A stretch of 64,000 bases of DNA, from the NCBI GenBank assembly GCA_037190785.1, contig JBBCJN010000007.1, positions 109,952 to 173,951 on the forward strand, read 5' to 3'. This DNA comes from Pedobacter sp. Its GTDB lineage: Bacteria; Bacteroidota; Bacteroidia; Sphingobacteriales; Sphingobacteriaceae. Position numbers and translations under genes: made by a program. The notes beneath the pieces are model-generated. The model was not told the DNA's origin. It did not search any database and worked only from the letters and a program-made list of their open reading frames with translations. Every line of letters begins with the position of its first letter. Position 1 is the stretch's first letter. Shown piece by piece: positions 41,194 through 51,553 of this stretch.

Positions 41194-41652
41194 CTATTGT
41201 CTGGTAAGTGTGAGACTAAAAACCATTTTGGCAGCACTTTTAACTGTTCCATTCATGGTATATTCGTAAGGGCCTTGGTCTAAAACATAGATCCATTCCA
41301 TTGATCTTTCGCTCCGATTACGGATTTCAAAAGGAAAAAGTAAGTGAGTAAGGTGATTGGTGTTGGTAAATTGGATCGTTTGGATGTTATCGGAGACCTG
41401 GTAGGTAGAGTAAACTGTTTCGTCAGAATCAGTGTATTTTAACTTCACTCTGTCCTTGCTAAATTCCCAAATAGTCCGCTCTGTGTCTGAATAAGCATCG
41501 ACCAGTTGATCCTGTGCATTGTAATAGCTTAAGGTGGAACCGGTGGAAGTCCAGGTACCGATTAAAAAATCCTGCTCGTTTTTGGATTTCTTGCAGGAAG
41601 AAAGCGCGAAACATGTAAAAAGAATAAAAAAAGTAAATTTTCTAAATGACAT
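41194..41652 (-). CDS. Lipocalin-like lipoprotein
   Basis: Lipobox LSS-C followed by FLIGTW (lipocalin GxW). Confidence 0.7.
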   Translation of the reverse strand: MSFRKFTFFILFTCFALSSCKKSKNEQDFLIGTWTSTGSTLSYYNAQDQLVDAYSDTERTIWEFSKDRVKLKYTDSDETVYSTYQVSDNIQTIQFTNTNHLTHLLFPFEIRNRSERSMEWIYVLDQGPYEYTMNGTVKSAAKMVFSLTLTRQ

Positions 41653-41706
41653 GGTAATTAGTTTTTGAGATTTTATTTAAATATAAATTAAGTTTAGACA
41701 CATTTT

Positions 41707-41886
41707 TCAGTCTTTTTTTTGCCTGTCCTGACTTTTTTTTCGGGATTTGATGGCCTGACTGAGCAAATATTCTATTTGTCCGTTGGTACTTCGGAATTCC
41801 TGCGCCGCCCATGCTTCTATCTCTTTAAGGAGAGAAGGGGCAATGCGCAACGCAAATGCTTTTTTATCTTTCTCTTTCTCTGACAT
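41707..41886 (-). CDS. Arc-like ribbon-helix-helix DNA-binding protein
   Basis: KKAFALRIAPSLLKEIEAWAAQEFRSTNGQIEYLL; start probably MSEK at 41886. Confidence 0.85.
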   Translation of the reverse strand: MSEKEKDKKAFALRIAPSLLKEIEAWAAQEFRSTNGQIEYLLSQAIKSRKKSQDRQKKD

Positions 41887-42406
41887 CGGTTTCAATCACT
41901 CCTATCTCATAGGTTTGTTTCAGGTTGATTAGAAATAAAGTAAGTTCATCCAATTGATTGGTACTGAATAATAATTTTTTTCCGTTGGAGAGCCACAACT
42001 GTAGGCCTGTGGATCGGTCGTTAAACAGGTAAGCCTTGTCTTTCCATTTGAACCAGAGCCGGTGCCGAACGCCCCATCCCCCGTATTCTCCTAAGGCATC
42101 GTATTTACGAAGAAATACTGCTCTCAGTTCTTCCCATAAAATGAGCTTTCTTCTCGTAAAAGGGAAGTAGCTATAGCTTATGCCTTGCGGATCAATTAAT
42201 AAACGAAAACGAATTTTTCCAATTAGGTAAATAATGATCACTGGAGAAAAGATTGCCAGGACAGGTAAAAAGTAAAGTTCTTTTAACTCTTCCATGGAAA
42301 TGGCCTGCTCTCCAAGAAAAAGAATAGCCGAAACAATGACGATTTCCATACCCAGAAGAAGGTATAGCCACCAGAGCTTTAAGGATTGTTTTTCTTCGAA
42401 ATTCAT
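41864..42406 (-). CDS. Membrane protein with bacterial PH-like domain
   Basis: Two N-terminal TMs followed by YGGWGVR motif; overlaps both neighbours. Confidence 0.7.
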   Translation of the reverse strand: MNFEEKQSLKLWWLYLLLGMEIVIVSAILFLGEQAISMEELKELYFLPVLAIFSPVIIIYLIGKIRFRLLIDPQGISYSYFPFTRRKLILWEELRAVFLRKYDALGEYGGWGVRHRLWFKWKDKAYLFNDRSTGLQLWLSNGKKLLFSTNQLDELTLFLINLKQTYEIGVIETDVRERER

Positions 42407-43263
42407 TAGTTATATAAAGTTCCGGTATTTACCACAGGTTGTGCATTGCGGTCGCCACAAAGCACTACTAATAAATTACTCACCATCGCTGCTTTTCGTT
42501 CTTCATCCAGATGAACAATGTCTTTTTCAGACAAGCGATCCAGTGCCATTTCTACCATGCTTACCGCACCTTCTACGATCAGCTTTCGTGCGGAGATGAC
42601 GGCACTTGCTTGTTGTCGTTGCAGCATCGCACTGGCAATTTCCTGGGCATAGGCTAAGTGCGAAATCCGCGCTTCAATTACCTGAATCCCCGCCATGGAG
42701 AGGCGTTCGTTGAGCTCTTCTTCCAGTAAAGAGTTAACCTTATCTGCGCCATCTTTCAGTGTGATTTCCGCATCTTCGTCTTCCAGGTTGTCGTAGGCAA
42801 AATTATTTGCCAGGTGACGCACGGCAGCTTCACTCTGTACATTCACATATTGCAGGTAATTTTCCACGCCGAAAGAGGCCTTCGCCGTTTCATTTACTTT
42901 CCAAACAATGACCGCCGCGATTTCGATAGGATTCCCCATTTTGTCATTCACTTTTAACTGTTGTCCATTCAAATTTCGTGCGCGAAGGGATAGTTTAGCC
43001 TTTGTTGTAAGTGGATTTACCCAGAAAAAACCATCCATCTTTACGGTGCCAAGGTACTTTCCAAAGAGCGTTAACACCTTTGATTCATTAGGGTTAACAA
43101 TGATAAAGCCAGGAGCTACTCCAAAAATGATAATGAATTTCAGGATGCTTCCTGCCCAGTAATGTTCGGAAGTAAACAAGTAAGTAGAAACGATTAAAGC
43201 AGCGAGAACCACCCCTGCCATGAGAAAGCCATTTAATGGTTTGATGATTTTTTCTTGATACAT
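42406..43263 (-). CDS. SPFH (band 7) domain protein
   Basis: Two TMs, [52 protein letters not shown]. Confidence 0.9.
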   Translation of the reverse strand: MYQEKIIKPLNGFLMAGVVLAALIVSTYLFTSEHYWAGSILKFIIIFGVAPGFIIVNPNESKVLTLFGKYLGTVKMDGFFWVNPLTTKAKLSLRARNLNGQQLKVNDKMGNPIEIAAVIVWKVNETAKASFGVENYLQYVNVQSEAAVRHLANNFAYDNLEDEDAEITLKDGADKVNSLLEEELNERLSMAGIQVIEARISHLAYAQEIASAMLQRQQASAVISARKLIVEGAVSMVEMALDRLSEKDIVHLDEERKAAMVSNLLVVLCGDRNAQPVVNTGTLYN

Positions 43264-43266
43264 AAA

Positions 43267-43285
43267 TGATATTATTTTGATATCA
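43267..43285. promoter_or_regulatory. Putative RHH operator upstream of SPFH operon
   Basis: TGATATTA and TGATATCA boxes 11 bp apart, 4-22 nt upstream of the SPFH start. Confidence 0.5.
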
Positions 43286-43468
43286 CAAATGAAATTAAAA
43301 AAAAGGAAGATTACAAATTTATTTGATCTTTATACGGGATGCTGTCAGGGATACGATGCGTAGCAAAGAAAGTGGAGGGGGAAAAGACAAGACCTGATAA
43401 AGTTTGCTTCTTTTTATGCAAATGGCCGGAAATTTATGTTATTTTTGATTAGTTAAACTCTTTCGATT

Positions 43469-45538
43469 TTGGCAAAAACAAAGAAAAAATCCAGAAATCT
43501 TTTATTCAGCAAGTATTCCAGTAAACTGAAATATGTGATGATGGTGGTGAGTGTATTCATCATTACCCTTTATTTACCAAAGCAACCCCGTTTCAGATAC
43601 GAATTTGAGAAGGGAAAAACATGGCTGAATAAGGATTTGGTGTCTTCTTTCAGTTTTGCGATTTTGAAGACACCCGCGCAATTGGCGCAAGATAAAAAAG
43701 AAGTGCTGGAGCAGGTATTGCCTATTTATCAGTACAATGAAGAAGTATGGAAGGGGCAGGGAGAGGCCTTTTTGACGGAGTTTGAGTTGAAGTGGAAAGC
43801 AGCCTTTTTGCCGGAAAATGACCAGGAAAGGGTAAAAAAGGACGCACATAAAATGTTGCAAGACATTTATAAAAGAGGGATGATTGGATTAACCGCCAAA
43901 CATCAGGAGCATGGAGCGCATTACGATTTTAACCAGTTAACCCAGAATGTGTCCAGTCGACGTAATTCGCAGGACGTTTATACCACCGAATCAGCGCTTG
44001 ATTTTTTTAAAACCAATTTCAGGGCACCGCATGAAAATGAAAAGACCCTAGTCATTGATCTGGCGGAAAGCCATTTGAAACCGAACATTATTTTTGATGA
44101 AAACCTGACGAATACCGTTCAACAAAATGCCATCAATAGTTTATCGACCACTAAAGGAATGGTTCAAAAAGGAGAATTGATCATCTCTAAAGGCATGGTG
44201 GTGGATGAAGACACCTTTCAAAAGCTTCGTTCTTACAAAGAAACATTCGAAGTGCAGACGAAAGCGGTTGGCGATAACCGTCTCATTTACTTGGGACAGA
44301 TTTTTCTGACTGGTTTTATCATTACATTATTGATGGTCTTTCTCTTTCTTTTCAGGAAGGATATTTTCGCAGATGTAAGGCAGCTTTCACTAATCTTACT
44401 TGTGATTACTTCTATGTTATTGGCGCTTACTTGGGCGATTAAGATCAATCTTCCTAGCTTATATTACATTCCTTTTTGTATTGTCCCTATCATTATCCGG
44501 ATTTTGTTTGATACCCGGCTGGCCTTAAATCTGCATTTGCTGGTCATTTTGATAGCCGGCTTTTTTGTTCCCAATAGCTTTGAATTTGTATTCTTTCAGG
44601 TGACTGCAGGAATGGTAGCCATATACAGCATTAAAAACCTGGTGAAAAGGGAGCAATTGCTTATCTCAGCCTCCTTTATTCTAAGTGCCTACCTGGTGTC
44701 CTTTTTAGGGATCGAATTGTTAAGGGAGGGTTCTTTCGAGCATATTGACTGGAGTAATTTCCTTCCCTTTGTGTTTAGTGTTGTCTTATCACTCCTCGCC
44801 TATCCGCTTATATATGCCTTTGAAAGGGTGTTCGGGATTACTTCTGATGTGGCATTGATTGAATTGACCAATACCAATAATAAGCTCTTGAGAGAGCTTG
44901 CTTTCAAGGCACCCGGGACCTTTCAGCATTCGCTTCAGGTAGCAAACTTGGCCGAAGCTGCTATTTTTAAGATTGGAGGGAATTCGTTGCTGGTAAGGGC
45001 GGGGGCGCTCTATCACGATATTGGAAAGATGATAAATCCTCAATATTTCATTGAAAATCAGAACGTGGGATTAAGTCCTCATGATAAGTTACCTTATGAG
45101 CAAAGTGCCCAAATTATCATTCAGCACGTGAGTAAAGGAATTGAAATTGCTAAGAAACACAAATTGCCCGAAAGTGTCATTGACTTTATACGTACCCATC
45201 ATGGGAATACGCGTGTGGATTATTTTTATCAGTCATTTCTAAAGAATTCGCCGGAGAAATTCGTGGATGAAAATATTTTCAGATACCCGGGACCTATTCC
45301 TTTTTCAAAAGAAACCGGGGTATTGATGATGGCTGATTCGGTGGAAGCCGCTTCGCGAAGTTTGAAAAACCCGGATGCGCAAAGTATCAATGACCTCGTC
45401 GAGCGCATCATTAATTACAAACTGGAACAGGATCAATTGGACAATTGCGACTTGACCTTAAAAGATATCGAAACTATAAAGCTGATATTCAAGGCGATGC
45501 TTATGAGTGTGTATCATGTGCGTATTGATTATGTATAA
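43469..45538 (+). CDS. 7TM-HD (HDIG) phosphohydrolase, PgpH-like
   Basis: 7TMR-HD extracellular region, TM cluster, APGTFQHS, YHDIGK, RTHHG, MADSVEAASRSL. Confidence 0.9.
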   Translation: MAKTKKKSRNLLFSKYSSKLKYVMMVVSVFIITLYLPKQPRFRYEFEKGKTWLNKDLVSSFSFAILKTPAQLAQDKKEVLEQVLPIYQYNEEVWKGQGEAFLTEFELKWKAAFLPENDQERVKKDAHKMLQDIYKRGMIGLTAKHQEHGAHYDFNQLTQNVSSRRNSQDVYTTESALDFFKTNFRAPHENEKTLVIDLAESHLKPNIIFDENLTNTVQQNAINSLSTTKGMVQKGELIISKGMVVDEDTFQKLRSYKETFEVQTKAVGDNRLIYLGQIFLTGFIITLLMVFLFLFRKDIFADVRQLSLILLVITSMLLALTWAIKINLPSLYYIPFCIVPIIIRILFDTRLALNLHLLVILIAGFFVPNSFEFVFFQVTAGMVAIYSIKNLVKREQLLISASFILSAYLVSFLGIELLREGSFEHIDWSNFLPFVFSVVLSLLAYPLIYAFERVFGITSDVALIELTNTNNKLLRELAFKAPGTFQHSLQVANLAEAAIFKIGGNSLLVRAGALYHDIGKMINPQYFIENQNVGLSPHDKLPYEQSAQIIIQHVSKGIEIAKKHKLPESVIDFIRTHHGNTRVDYFYQSFLKNSPEKFVDENIFRYPGPIPFSKETGVLMMADSVEAASRSLKNPDAQSINDLVERIINYKLEQDQLDNCDLTLKDIETIKLIFKAMLMSVYHVRIDYV

Positions 45539-45553
45539 ACAATGCATTTTTTT

Positions 45554-45583
45554 TTTGCAAACATTAATGAATTGCTATATTTG
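45554..45583 (+). promoter_or_regulatory. Housekeeping promoter of tRNA-Ser
   Basis: TTTG-N18-TATATTTG (-33/-7). Confidence 0.65.
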
Positions 45584-45611
45584 CAACCTCGAAACGCGAC
45601 GTTTCGTAAGA

Positions 45612-45699
<88 letters not shown>

Positions 45700-45711
45700 A
45701 TTCAATTTGAC

Positions 45712-45735
45712 AACCGCCTTTCAGGCGGTTTTTTT
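45712..45735 (+). terminator. tRNA terminator
   Basis: AACCGCC-TTTCA-GGCGGTT followed by T-run. Confidence 0.8.
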
Positions 45736-46120
45736 ATTTTTCTAAAAATGAATGCTGTATTTTTTGATTTAGGCCAACCCATGGATCAATAGGTGGGAAA
45801 TCCTGAAGGTGAGAGCCGCTAGTCATGATCACCCATCCTTTTTCCAATGGAGGAATAACCGTGTTTGATCAATTAAACGAGCGGCATTAAGGAACAATGG
45901 AAACGCAGACAGAGGTTTCCCTTAGGGGACTTATTCCCAACTAAAGACGAGAATCTAAGCGAATAAATCCGATTGATCGAAGCGATAAGGAGAAAGGAAG
46001 CCTTTCAAAGGGGCTGGTTCTCTTTTTGCGGAAGCCCCTCTAAAAAGAATCTTTCCAAACGACAGTTTTTTCAGGTTTTACCCAGGTCCTAATGAACGAA
46101 ATAGCCCCTTTCACAGGTTC

Positions 46121-46714
46121 TTAAGGATGTAAATCTGCCAGAGCCTTTTCCACTTCATTTAGTTTTTTATTATAAGAACGGAGAACGAAAAAGGCAAAAA
46201 GCAAAAAGAAACCGATCGCAATGGGGAAAAGGCGTGTCCAGAAATGAGGAATGAGGTGAAGGTCTTTTCCCTGGATGGATGCGAACACCGGCGTCCCGAT
46301 CAACAAAAGAAACAGACCTAAGGAAACATTGAGTTTTTGCATTTTCTGAAAACGGGCTTTTCTTCTGAAGAATACTTCTATGGATTGCAGGTAAGTAGTC
46401 GTCGAAAGAGGGACATTTTTAAGTGTGCGTAACATGCTTAGGGAGATAAAAGGGAGTAAAAACAGTAAACCAATCGCAATAAGTCCGAAGAGCTGCAGAG
46501 TTGTGTCTGCTAGTTTTGTGAAATGCAGCATCAGGTAGATCGCTCCGAGGAAACAAATCACTGCGCCGATGTATTCCGAAGAGTGAATACTTCTTAATCT
46601 GGACCGGTATTTTTCTGTGGTCATTTTTTCGATAAGTTGCTGAGTCACGAGTTCCTGATTCTCGAAACGTTTGTCTATTGCTTTCCAAACATTTTTCATT
46701 TCTTCCAATTCCAT
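46121..46714 (-). CDS. Putative membrane anti-sigma factor (4 TM)
   Basis: MELEEMKNVWK N-terminus plus four hydrophobic segments, directly after the ECF gene. Confidence 0.7.
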   Translation of the reverse strand: MELEEMKNVWKAIDKRFENQELVTQQLIEKMTTEKYRSRLRSIHSSEYIGAVICFLGAIYLMLHFTKLADTTLQLFGLIAIGLLFLLPFISLSMLRTLKNVPLSTTTYLQSIEVFFRRKARFQKMQKLNVSLGLFLLLIGTPVFASIQGKDLHLIPHFWTRLFPIAIGFFLLFAFFVLRSYNKKLNEVEKALADLHP

Positions 46715-46716
46715 TT

Positions 46717-47205
46717 TTACGGTTGTTTATTAATTTGTGATTTAAGTTTTTCTTTAATTCTCGCAATACGTGTACCTACATTGCTGACGGTTATCCCAAT
46801 AATTTCTGCAATCTCCCCATGATTTTTACCCTCCAGGTAAAGAAGGATGATCCCTTTTTCCAAAAGGCTCAGTGTTTGAATATGTTGATACAGGAGCTGT
46901 ATTCTTTCCTCTTCCGATGGATCGATCATATCCGTAAATCTTTCGTCCTGTAAGTCTATCGGAACCGTATGTACTTGTTTTTGATGACTTTTTAAATGAT
47001 AAATGGCGGTATTCATCGCCACCCGATACATCCAGGTACTGAGTTTCGACTGCTTTTTGAAGGTGTCGAAAGACTTCCAAAGCTGAAACACGATTTCCTG
47101 ATACAAATCTTCTCTGTCTGCCTGGTGACCATACAATGCAGATATTTTATAAATCAAACCCGCATGCGTTTGGATCACTTCTGTAAATCGTTCTTTTTTA
47201 TCCAT
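46717..47205 (-). CDS. ECF RNA polymerase sigma factor
   Basis: EDLYQEIVFQLWKS, KLSTWMYRVAMNT, LYLEGKNHGEIAEIIG...VGTRIARIK; start probably ATG 47205. Confidence 0.9.
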   Translation of the reverse strand: MDKKERFTEVIQTHAGLIYKISALYGHQADREDLYQEIVFQLWKSFDTFKKQSKLSTWMYRVAMNTAIYHLKSHQKQVHTVPIDLQDERFTDMIDPSEEERIQLLYQHIQTLSLLEKGIILLYLEGKNHGEIAEIIGITVSNVGTRIARIKEKLKSQINKQP

Positions 47206-47399
47206 TCCATCAAACTTCGAATAATGAGTGTAAAAAGTGATCAATAAATCACAAAAGATGTCAATTATTTTTGCATGACTGTCCTTATACTTCCAAAGCT
47301 AGCCATGGGAGGGGAGGAAGACATGTGCCGCTGTTAATACAAAGATCGGATGGCAATGGATTCATTCATCAAAAAATAGTAAAAATATCCCTTTTATCA

Positions 47400-47529
47400 T
47401 ACCTTTGTTTGAAGCCACCAGGTCATGAATAGAAACCCCAGTATTTCCCCACCCGCTCCTTAAGTTTTTCTTCGCAGGCCGTGACCACAGCATGTAGTGA
47501 CTGAACGTGGGGAGACGATCTGTTTTTTT
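47400..47529 (+). promoter_or_regulatory. Promoter plus candidate structured leader with Pro-rich uORF before EamA gene
   Basis: TACCTTTG at 47400-47407; uORF 47425-47463 MNRNPSISPPAP*; complementary segments 47421-27/47480-86 and 47445-52/47507-14; T7 at 47523. Confidence 0.4.
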
Positions 47530-47644
47530 AGCCAATTATCAACTACTTTACTAGAGAAATGCCTGTTGGCTAATCCGCTGTCTACAAATTTACCCGAACC
47601 GATGAACTCAAAGAATGATCACCCCCTGAAATTACATTAGAAAC

Positions 47645-48526
47645 ATGAAAAAATCATACGTATGGTTGCATTTTGCCGTGTTACTGGCCGGATTTACAGG
47701 AGTTTTTGGAAAACTTATTTCATTGAATGAAGGGTTATTAACTTGGTATAGAGTTCTTTTTTCGTCCATAATTTTGTGGGTTGTCTTGAAAATCCTTAAA
47801 ATTCCCATAGGAATTACCAGAAAGGAAAAGATAGCGATTGCCCGTATTGGCCTGCTTATTACCATACATTGGGTATTTTTTTATGCCAGTATTAAATATT
47901 CTAATATTTCAATCGGCGTAGTGTGCTATTGCCTCACCAGTTTTTTTACCGCCATTTTTCAACCTCTTATTCATCGGCAGCCCTTTAAACTTTCCGAATT
48001 GTTGCTGAGCTGCGTCACACTCTTTGGAATTAGCCTGATATTTCATTTTGATGTTTCGTATCAATGGGGCATTGGATTGGGCGTCGTTTCATCTGCCTTC
48101 GCTGCACTTTACACCATTTATAACGCGCAGCTGGTTCGTAAATACGATAGCAAAGTCATTAATTTTTATCAGATGAGCGGAGGGACCATCGGATTGGGAC
48201 TTGGACTCCCAGTATATTTGTATTTCTTTCCGACGGATCATCTGATACCTGGCTTCAGGGATGTCTTTTACTTAGTGATATTATCACTGTTCTGTACGGT
48301 AGGCCTGTATGTGATTTTTGCAGAGGTACTTAAACGTATCTCAGCTTTTACGGTGAACCTCAGTTTCAATCTTGAACCGATTTATGCCATCATATTGGCT
48401 TTTATTTTCTTTCAGGAAGGGAAAGAAGTAAATTTTTCTTTTTATGTAGGACTGATGTTTGTGATGACTTCCGTTGTCTTACAGACTCTGATTTCCATGA
48501 GAAAGAAAGCCCCTGAATTGAAATAG
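47645..48526 (+). CDS. EamA/DMT family transporter
   Basis: About 10 TMs; GFTGVFGKLI, HWVFFYASIK, NLSFNLEPIYAI. Confidence 0.88.
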   Translation: MKKSYVWLHFAVLLAGFTGVFGKLISLNEGLLTWYRVLFSSIILWVVLKILKIPIGITRKEKIAIARIGLLITIHWVFFYASIKYSNISIGVVCYCLTSFFTAIFQPLIHRQPFKLSELLLSCVTLFGISLIFHFDVSYQWGIGLGVVSSAFAALYTIYNAQLVRKYDSKVINFYQMSGGTIGLGLGLPVYLYFFPTDHLIPGFRDVFYLVILSLFCTVGLYVIFAEVLKRISAFTVNLSFNLEPIYAIILAFIFFQEGKEVNFSFYVGLMFVMTSVVLQTLISMRKKAPELK

Positions 48527-48977
48527 CGGATATCCGAAAGAAAGGCACCTGGGAAGAAGTACCGGCTGTGACTTTTCGTTGACCTATTTCGAGTGTTTCG
48601 GAAGGAAAGACAGCAATCATCCGCTTTGAAAAATCCAAACGATACACGTTTCTTGGCATTACAGGTCTCTAGCATTTCGAGGAAGGGATGCTGCAAGGCA
48701 TGGTTCTTTTGTGGAAGCAATTGAATACTTCGCTTTTGTCTCCAATGAAATGGGCTGTTGTAGTCCTAAGTGGGGCTTAAAGTACCTGGGATCATGGAAA
48801 CACAGACTGATTGACAGATGTACGGTATGATTGGCCTGGTTGATCGTAGACTAATCACTTCGCTGTTGAAATCTGAAAGAAAATACCGTCAGCAACGTTG
48901 AAAGGAAAGCAAACCATCGGGGATGCCTTCGCCTTTTTAATTTTTATTCATCCAAATAAAAAAAAGGAGTATATTTA

Positions 48978-49003
48978 CATAATTAGTTATATAATCAATT
49001 ATG
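48978..49003. promoter_or_regulatory. Putative MarR operator palindrome
   Basis: CATAATTAGTTATATAATCAATTATG, 22 of 26 positions self-complementary, ending 4 nt before the MarR-GNAT ATG. Confidence 0.55.
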
Positions 49004-49007
49004 TTTT

Positions 49008-49967
49008 ATGAAATTGTTTGAAAAGACCGGTAAAATGGCTATTGGAAGCCGGATGAGATTGCTCACTGCTCGACTGGCGGAAGATGTAAACAACATATAT
49101 AAACTCTACGAAATTGATTTTTCTCCCAAATGGTTCCCGGTTTTCTTCGCATTAGCGGAAGAAGGAAAACAGAAAATTACAGAGATAGCGACATACATTG
49201 GACATTCTCAGCCCTCGGTGACCAAAATAGTAAAGGAAATGACAACGGCTGGACTTTGTGCGCATTTTAAATCATCCGATAAACGACAAAATACCGTGGG
49301 TTTGACAGCAAAGGGAATTGCACTTTCGGTGCAAATCCTTCCTCAATACGAAGATACACATGCCGCTGTAGAAACGCTCATGGCAGAAGCAAATCATGAT
49401 CTTTGGGAAGCCATTCAGGAATGGGAAATGTTGTTGGAGAAGAAGTCTTTATTCGACCGCGTAAAAGAAGAGAAAAGGCGGAGAGAAAGCAAACAGATAA
49501 AAATTATTCCCTATCAGGACAAATACCTTTCGGACTTTAAATCGATTAATGAACAATGGATTTCCACCTATTTTGAGATGGAAGAAGGAGATTATCGCTT
49601 ACTGAATGAACCCCGGAAATATATACTAGATAAAGGAGGGAAACTTTTTGTGGCTCTTTATAAAGAGAAGGTCGTAGGGGTTTGTTCCTTACTTAAAATT
49701 GATGAGCACACTTATGAAATGGCAAAGATGGCTGTTCTTCCAGAAGCCCAAGGCCGGCACATAGGGTGGTTACTTGGAAAGAAAATCGTGGCTGAAGCCC
49801 TTGAACTCGGTGCAACCAGGGTGATTTTGGAAAGCAATACCGCTCTAAAAGCAGCGATTAAACTGTACGAAAAGCTAGGATTTAAAAAGGTGGAAAGTCC
49901 TTCAAACTCTTATAAACGGGTAGATATCCACATGGAATTGGAGCTGTGTACCTACGAAGACAGGTAA
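49008..49967 (+). CDS. MarR-type HTH / GNAT acetyltransferase fusion
   Basis: N-terminal AIGSRMR...ITEIATYIGHSQPSVTKIVKEM wHTH; C-terminal EMAKMAV...AQGRHIG...ESNTALKAAIKLYEKLGF. Confidence 0.88.
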   Translation: MKLFEKTGKMAIGSRMRLLTARLAEDVNNIYKLYEIDFSPKWFPVFFALAEEGKQKITEIATYIGHSQPSVTKIVKEMTTAGLCAHFKSSDKRQNTVGLTAKGIALSVQILPQYEDTHAAVETLMAEANHDLWEAIQEWEMLLEKKSLFDRVKEEKRRRESKQIKIIPYQDKYLSDFKSINEQWISTYFEMEEGDYRLLNEPRKYILDKGGKLFVALYKEKVVGVCSLLKIDEHTYEMAKMAVLPEAQGRHIGWLLGKKIVAEALELGATRVILESNTALKAAIKLYEKLGFKKVESPSNSYKRVDIHMELELCTYEDR

Positions 49968-50024
49968 GCTCGCGCGGACATACATGGCATCCACGGGGGC
50001 AAGCCGGAAGAAGGTCGACATCCC

Positions 50025-50501
50025 TTATTTCTTTAATGGAATAATCCTTCCATGGACATTGGTTTCCAGCTGGGTGTGATTCACCAGTAATCGATCAAGC
50101 AGGTATTGGGGACATGATTTTTGGAGATCTCTTCGCATCGAGTACTGTAGATCGAACGCCCGTTGTTGATCGATGTAAATATCAATATTTCCAGTTGCCG
50201 TACCAGCGCCAATGGCAATGTAAAAATGTTTTCCCTGAACCGAGGTGCTTATCCTGGGCAATACCGGTACATTTACCCCTTCTATCTGGCAATAGATCTG
50301 ATCCTCTCGATAAAAAGGCTTGGCGGAAAAAAACAGATCTGTACCACTTTCGATATCCAGAATATGGAAACGCAATGTATCAGGTATAATGGCTGTGATA
50401 CAATTGGCCGGTACGGACTTTTTTTTGCAGGAACCAAGGCTCAACAATGCCGTGAAAAGAAGTCCGCCGACGAGGGGGAGAAGAAAAAAAGAATGTCTCA
50501 T
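50025..50501 (-). CDS. Hypothetical lipoprotein
   Basis: Signal peptide with lipobox LGS-C KKK. Confidence 0.6.
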   Translation of the reverse strand: MRHSFFLLPLVGGLLFTALLSLGSCKKKSVPANCITAIIPDTLRFHILDIESGTDLFFSAKPFYREDQIYCQIEGVNVPVLPRISTSVQGKHFYIAIGAGTATGNIDIYIDQQRAFDLQYSMRRDLQKSCPQYLLDRLLVNHTQLETNVHGRIIPLKK

Positions 50502-50870
50502 TTAACAGGTGGAACGTTGGTGGAATAAAAATCGCTACATGAAGCAATGCGATATGGAGGAGGAATGTCAGGTTTACCTCCGAAAATTAGAAGAGGGGGA
50601 GAGGCCCAACAGCTCAATCAATTTGCAGAACCTCTTCGAAAGACCACTGACCGAATTTATTCTTATTGGAAAAGGACTTTCTGCCGTCTTAAAAGAATGA
50701 AAGTTAAAACGAGAAGGTATTTTAATAAACTGGGTTAGGCTCCCATCAGAGTAAAGAAATAACAAAGGGCATTGCTATTTGTAGAGCGGAATGAGCAAAA
50801 GTTTGCTTTTGAGTGAGTATATTGGCGGAAATGAGTGTCCTTTGAAAGGATTTGTATAGTTAGAAATTTC

Positions 50871-51494
50871 ATGATTGAAAAGGAAGTTAAGATAAGGTTG
50901 CTGTTTAATGAAATAGAACGGGGAAATAAAGCCGCTTTTGAAGAACTCTTTAACTGTTATTACGATAAGTTGTTGCTTTTTGCAAAGCAATACACCAATC
51001 AAAGAGAAAGTGCCGAAGAGATGATCTCTGAACTGTTTGTCCGGCTATGGTTGAAACGTGATCATTTGTCGAAGGTAATGCGTCCGGAGGTTTATTTGTA
51101 TGTTTCAGTAAAAAATGCCTGTCTCAATTTTCTGCGTTCGACGAGAAGTCGATCGGTACGGCTTCAGGACGATGAAGAGCAATCTGTGTTACAGAGGCTG
51201 GCTGCCCCTCTACAGCACACACCGGAACAAAAGGAGCTGGAAAGAATCGTTGACCGGGCAGTGGCCGCTTTGCCGGCTCAACGGCAATTGATTTTTAAAT
51301 TGATGAAAGAAGATGGGTTTAAATCGTCCGAGGTGGCAGAACTGCTGGGTATCTCTAAGAGAACAGTCGAAAATCAGCTTTACAGAGCAATCAAATCCCT
51401 TTCGGAAGTCATCAGCCACTATTTAGGGTATCCACTTTCTTCTCCAAAGGATCAAAAGAAACTGCCCGCTTCTCTTCAATTGCTCTTTTTTTAA
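50871..51494 (+). CDS. ECF sigma factor (FecI-like, Bacteroidota expansion)
   Basis: AAFEELFNCYY, AEEMISELFVRLW, YLYVSVKNACLN, LPAQRQLIF, GISKRTVENQLYRA; start ATG 50871. Confidence 0.9.
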   Translation: MIEKEVKIRLLFNEIERGNKAAFEELFNCYYDKLLLFAKQYTNQRESAEEMISELFVRLWLKRDHLSKVMRPEVYLYVSVKNACLNFLRSTRSRSVRLQDDEEQSVLQRLAAPLQHTPEQKELERIVDRAVAALPAQRQLIFKLMKEDGFKSSEVAELLGISKRTVENQLYRAIKSLSEVISHYLGYPLSSPKDQKKLPASLQLLFF

Positions 51495-51553
51495 TTAACT
51501 GATGAGTAAATTCGGGCGAGAAGGTGTCTTAATTAATAGTTGCTAATTAGAAA

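Noticed and set aside
47352-47380. GGCAATGGATTC resembling the start of a fluoride riboswitch
   Set aside because: The rest of the motif (CGCC pairing, GCTGATGAC) is absent and no crcB/eriC gene follows
50509-50765. Three overlapping ORFs of about 63 aa upstream of the FecI-like sigma
   Set aside because: Mutually overlapping, no recognisable homology; treated as non-coding or too decayed to call
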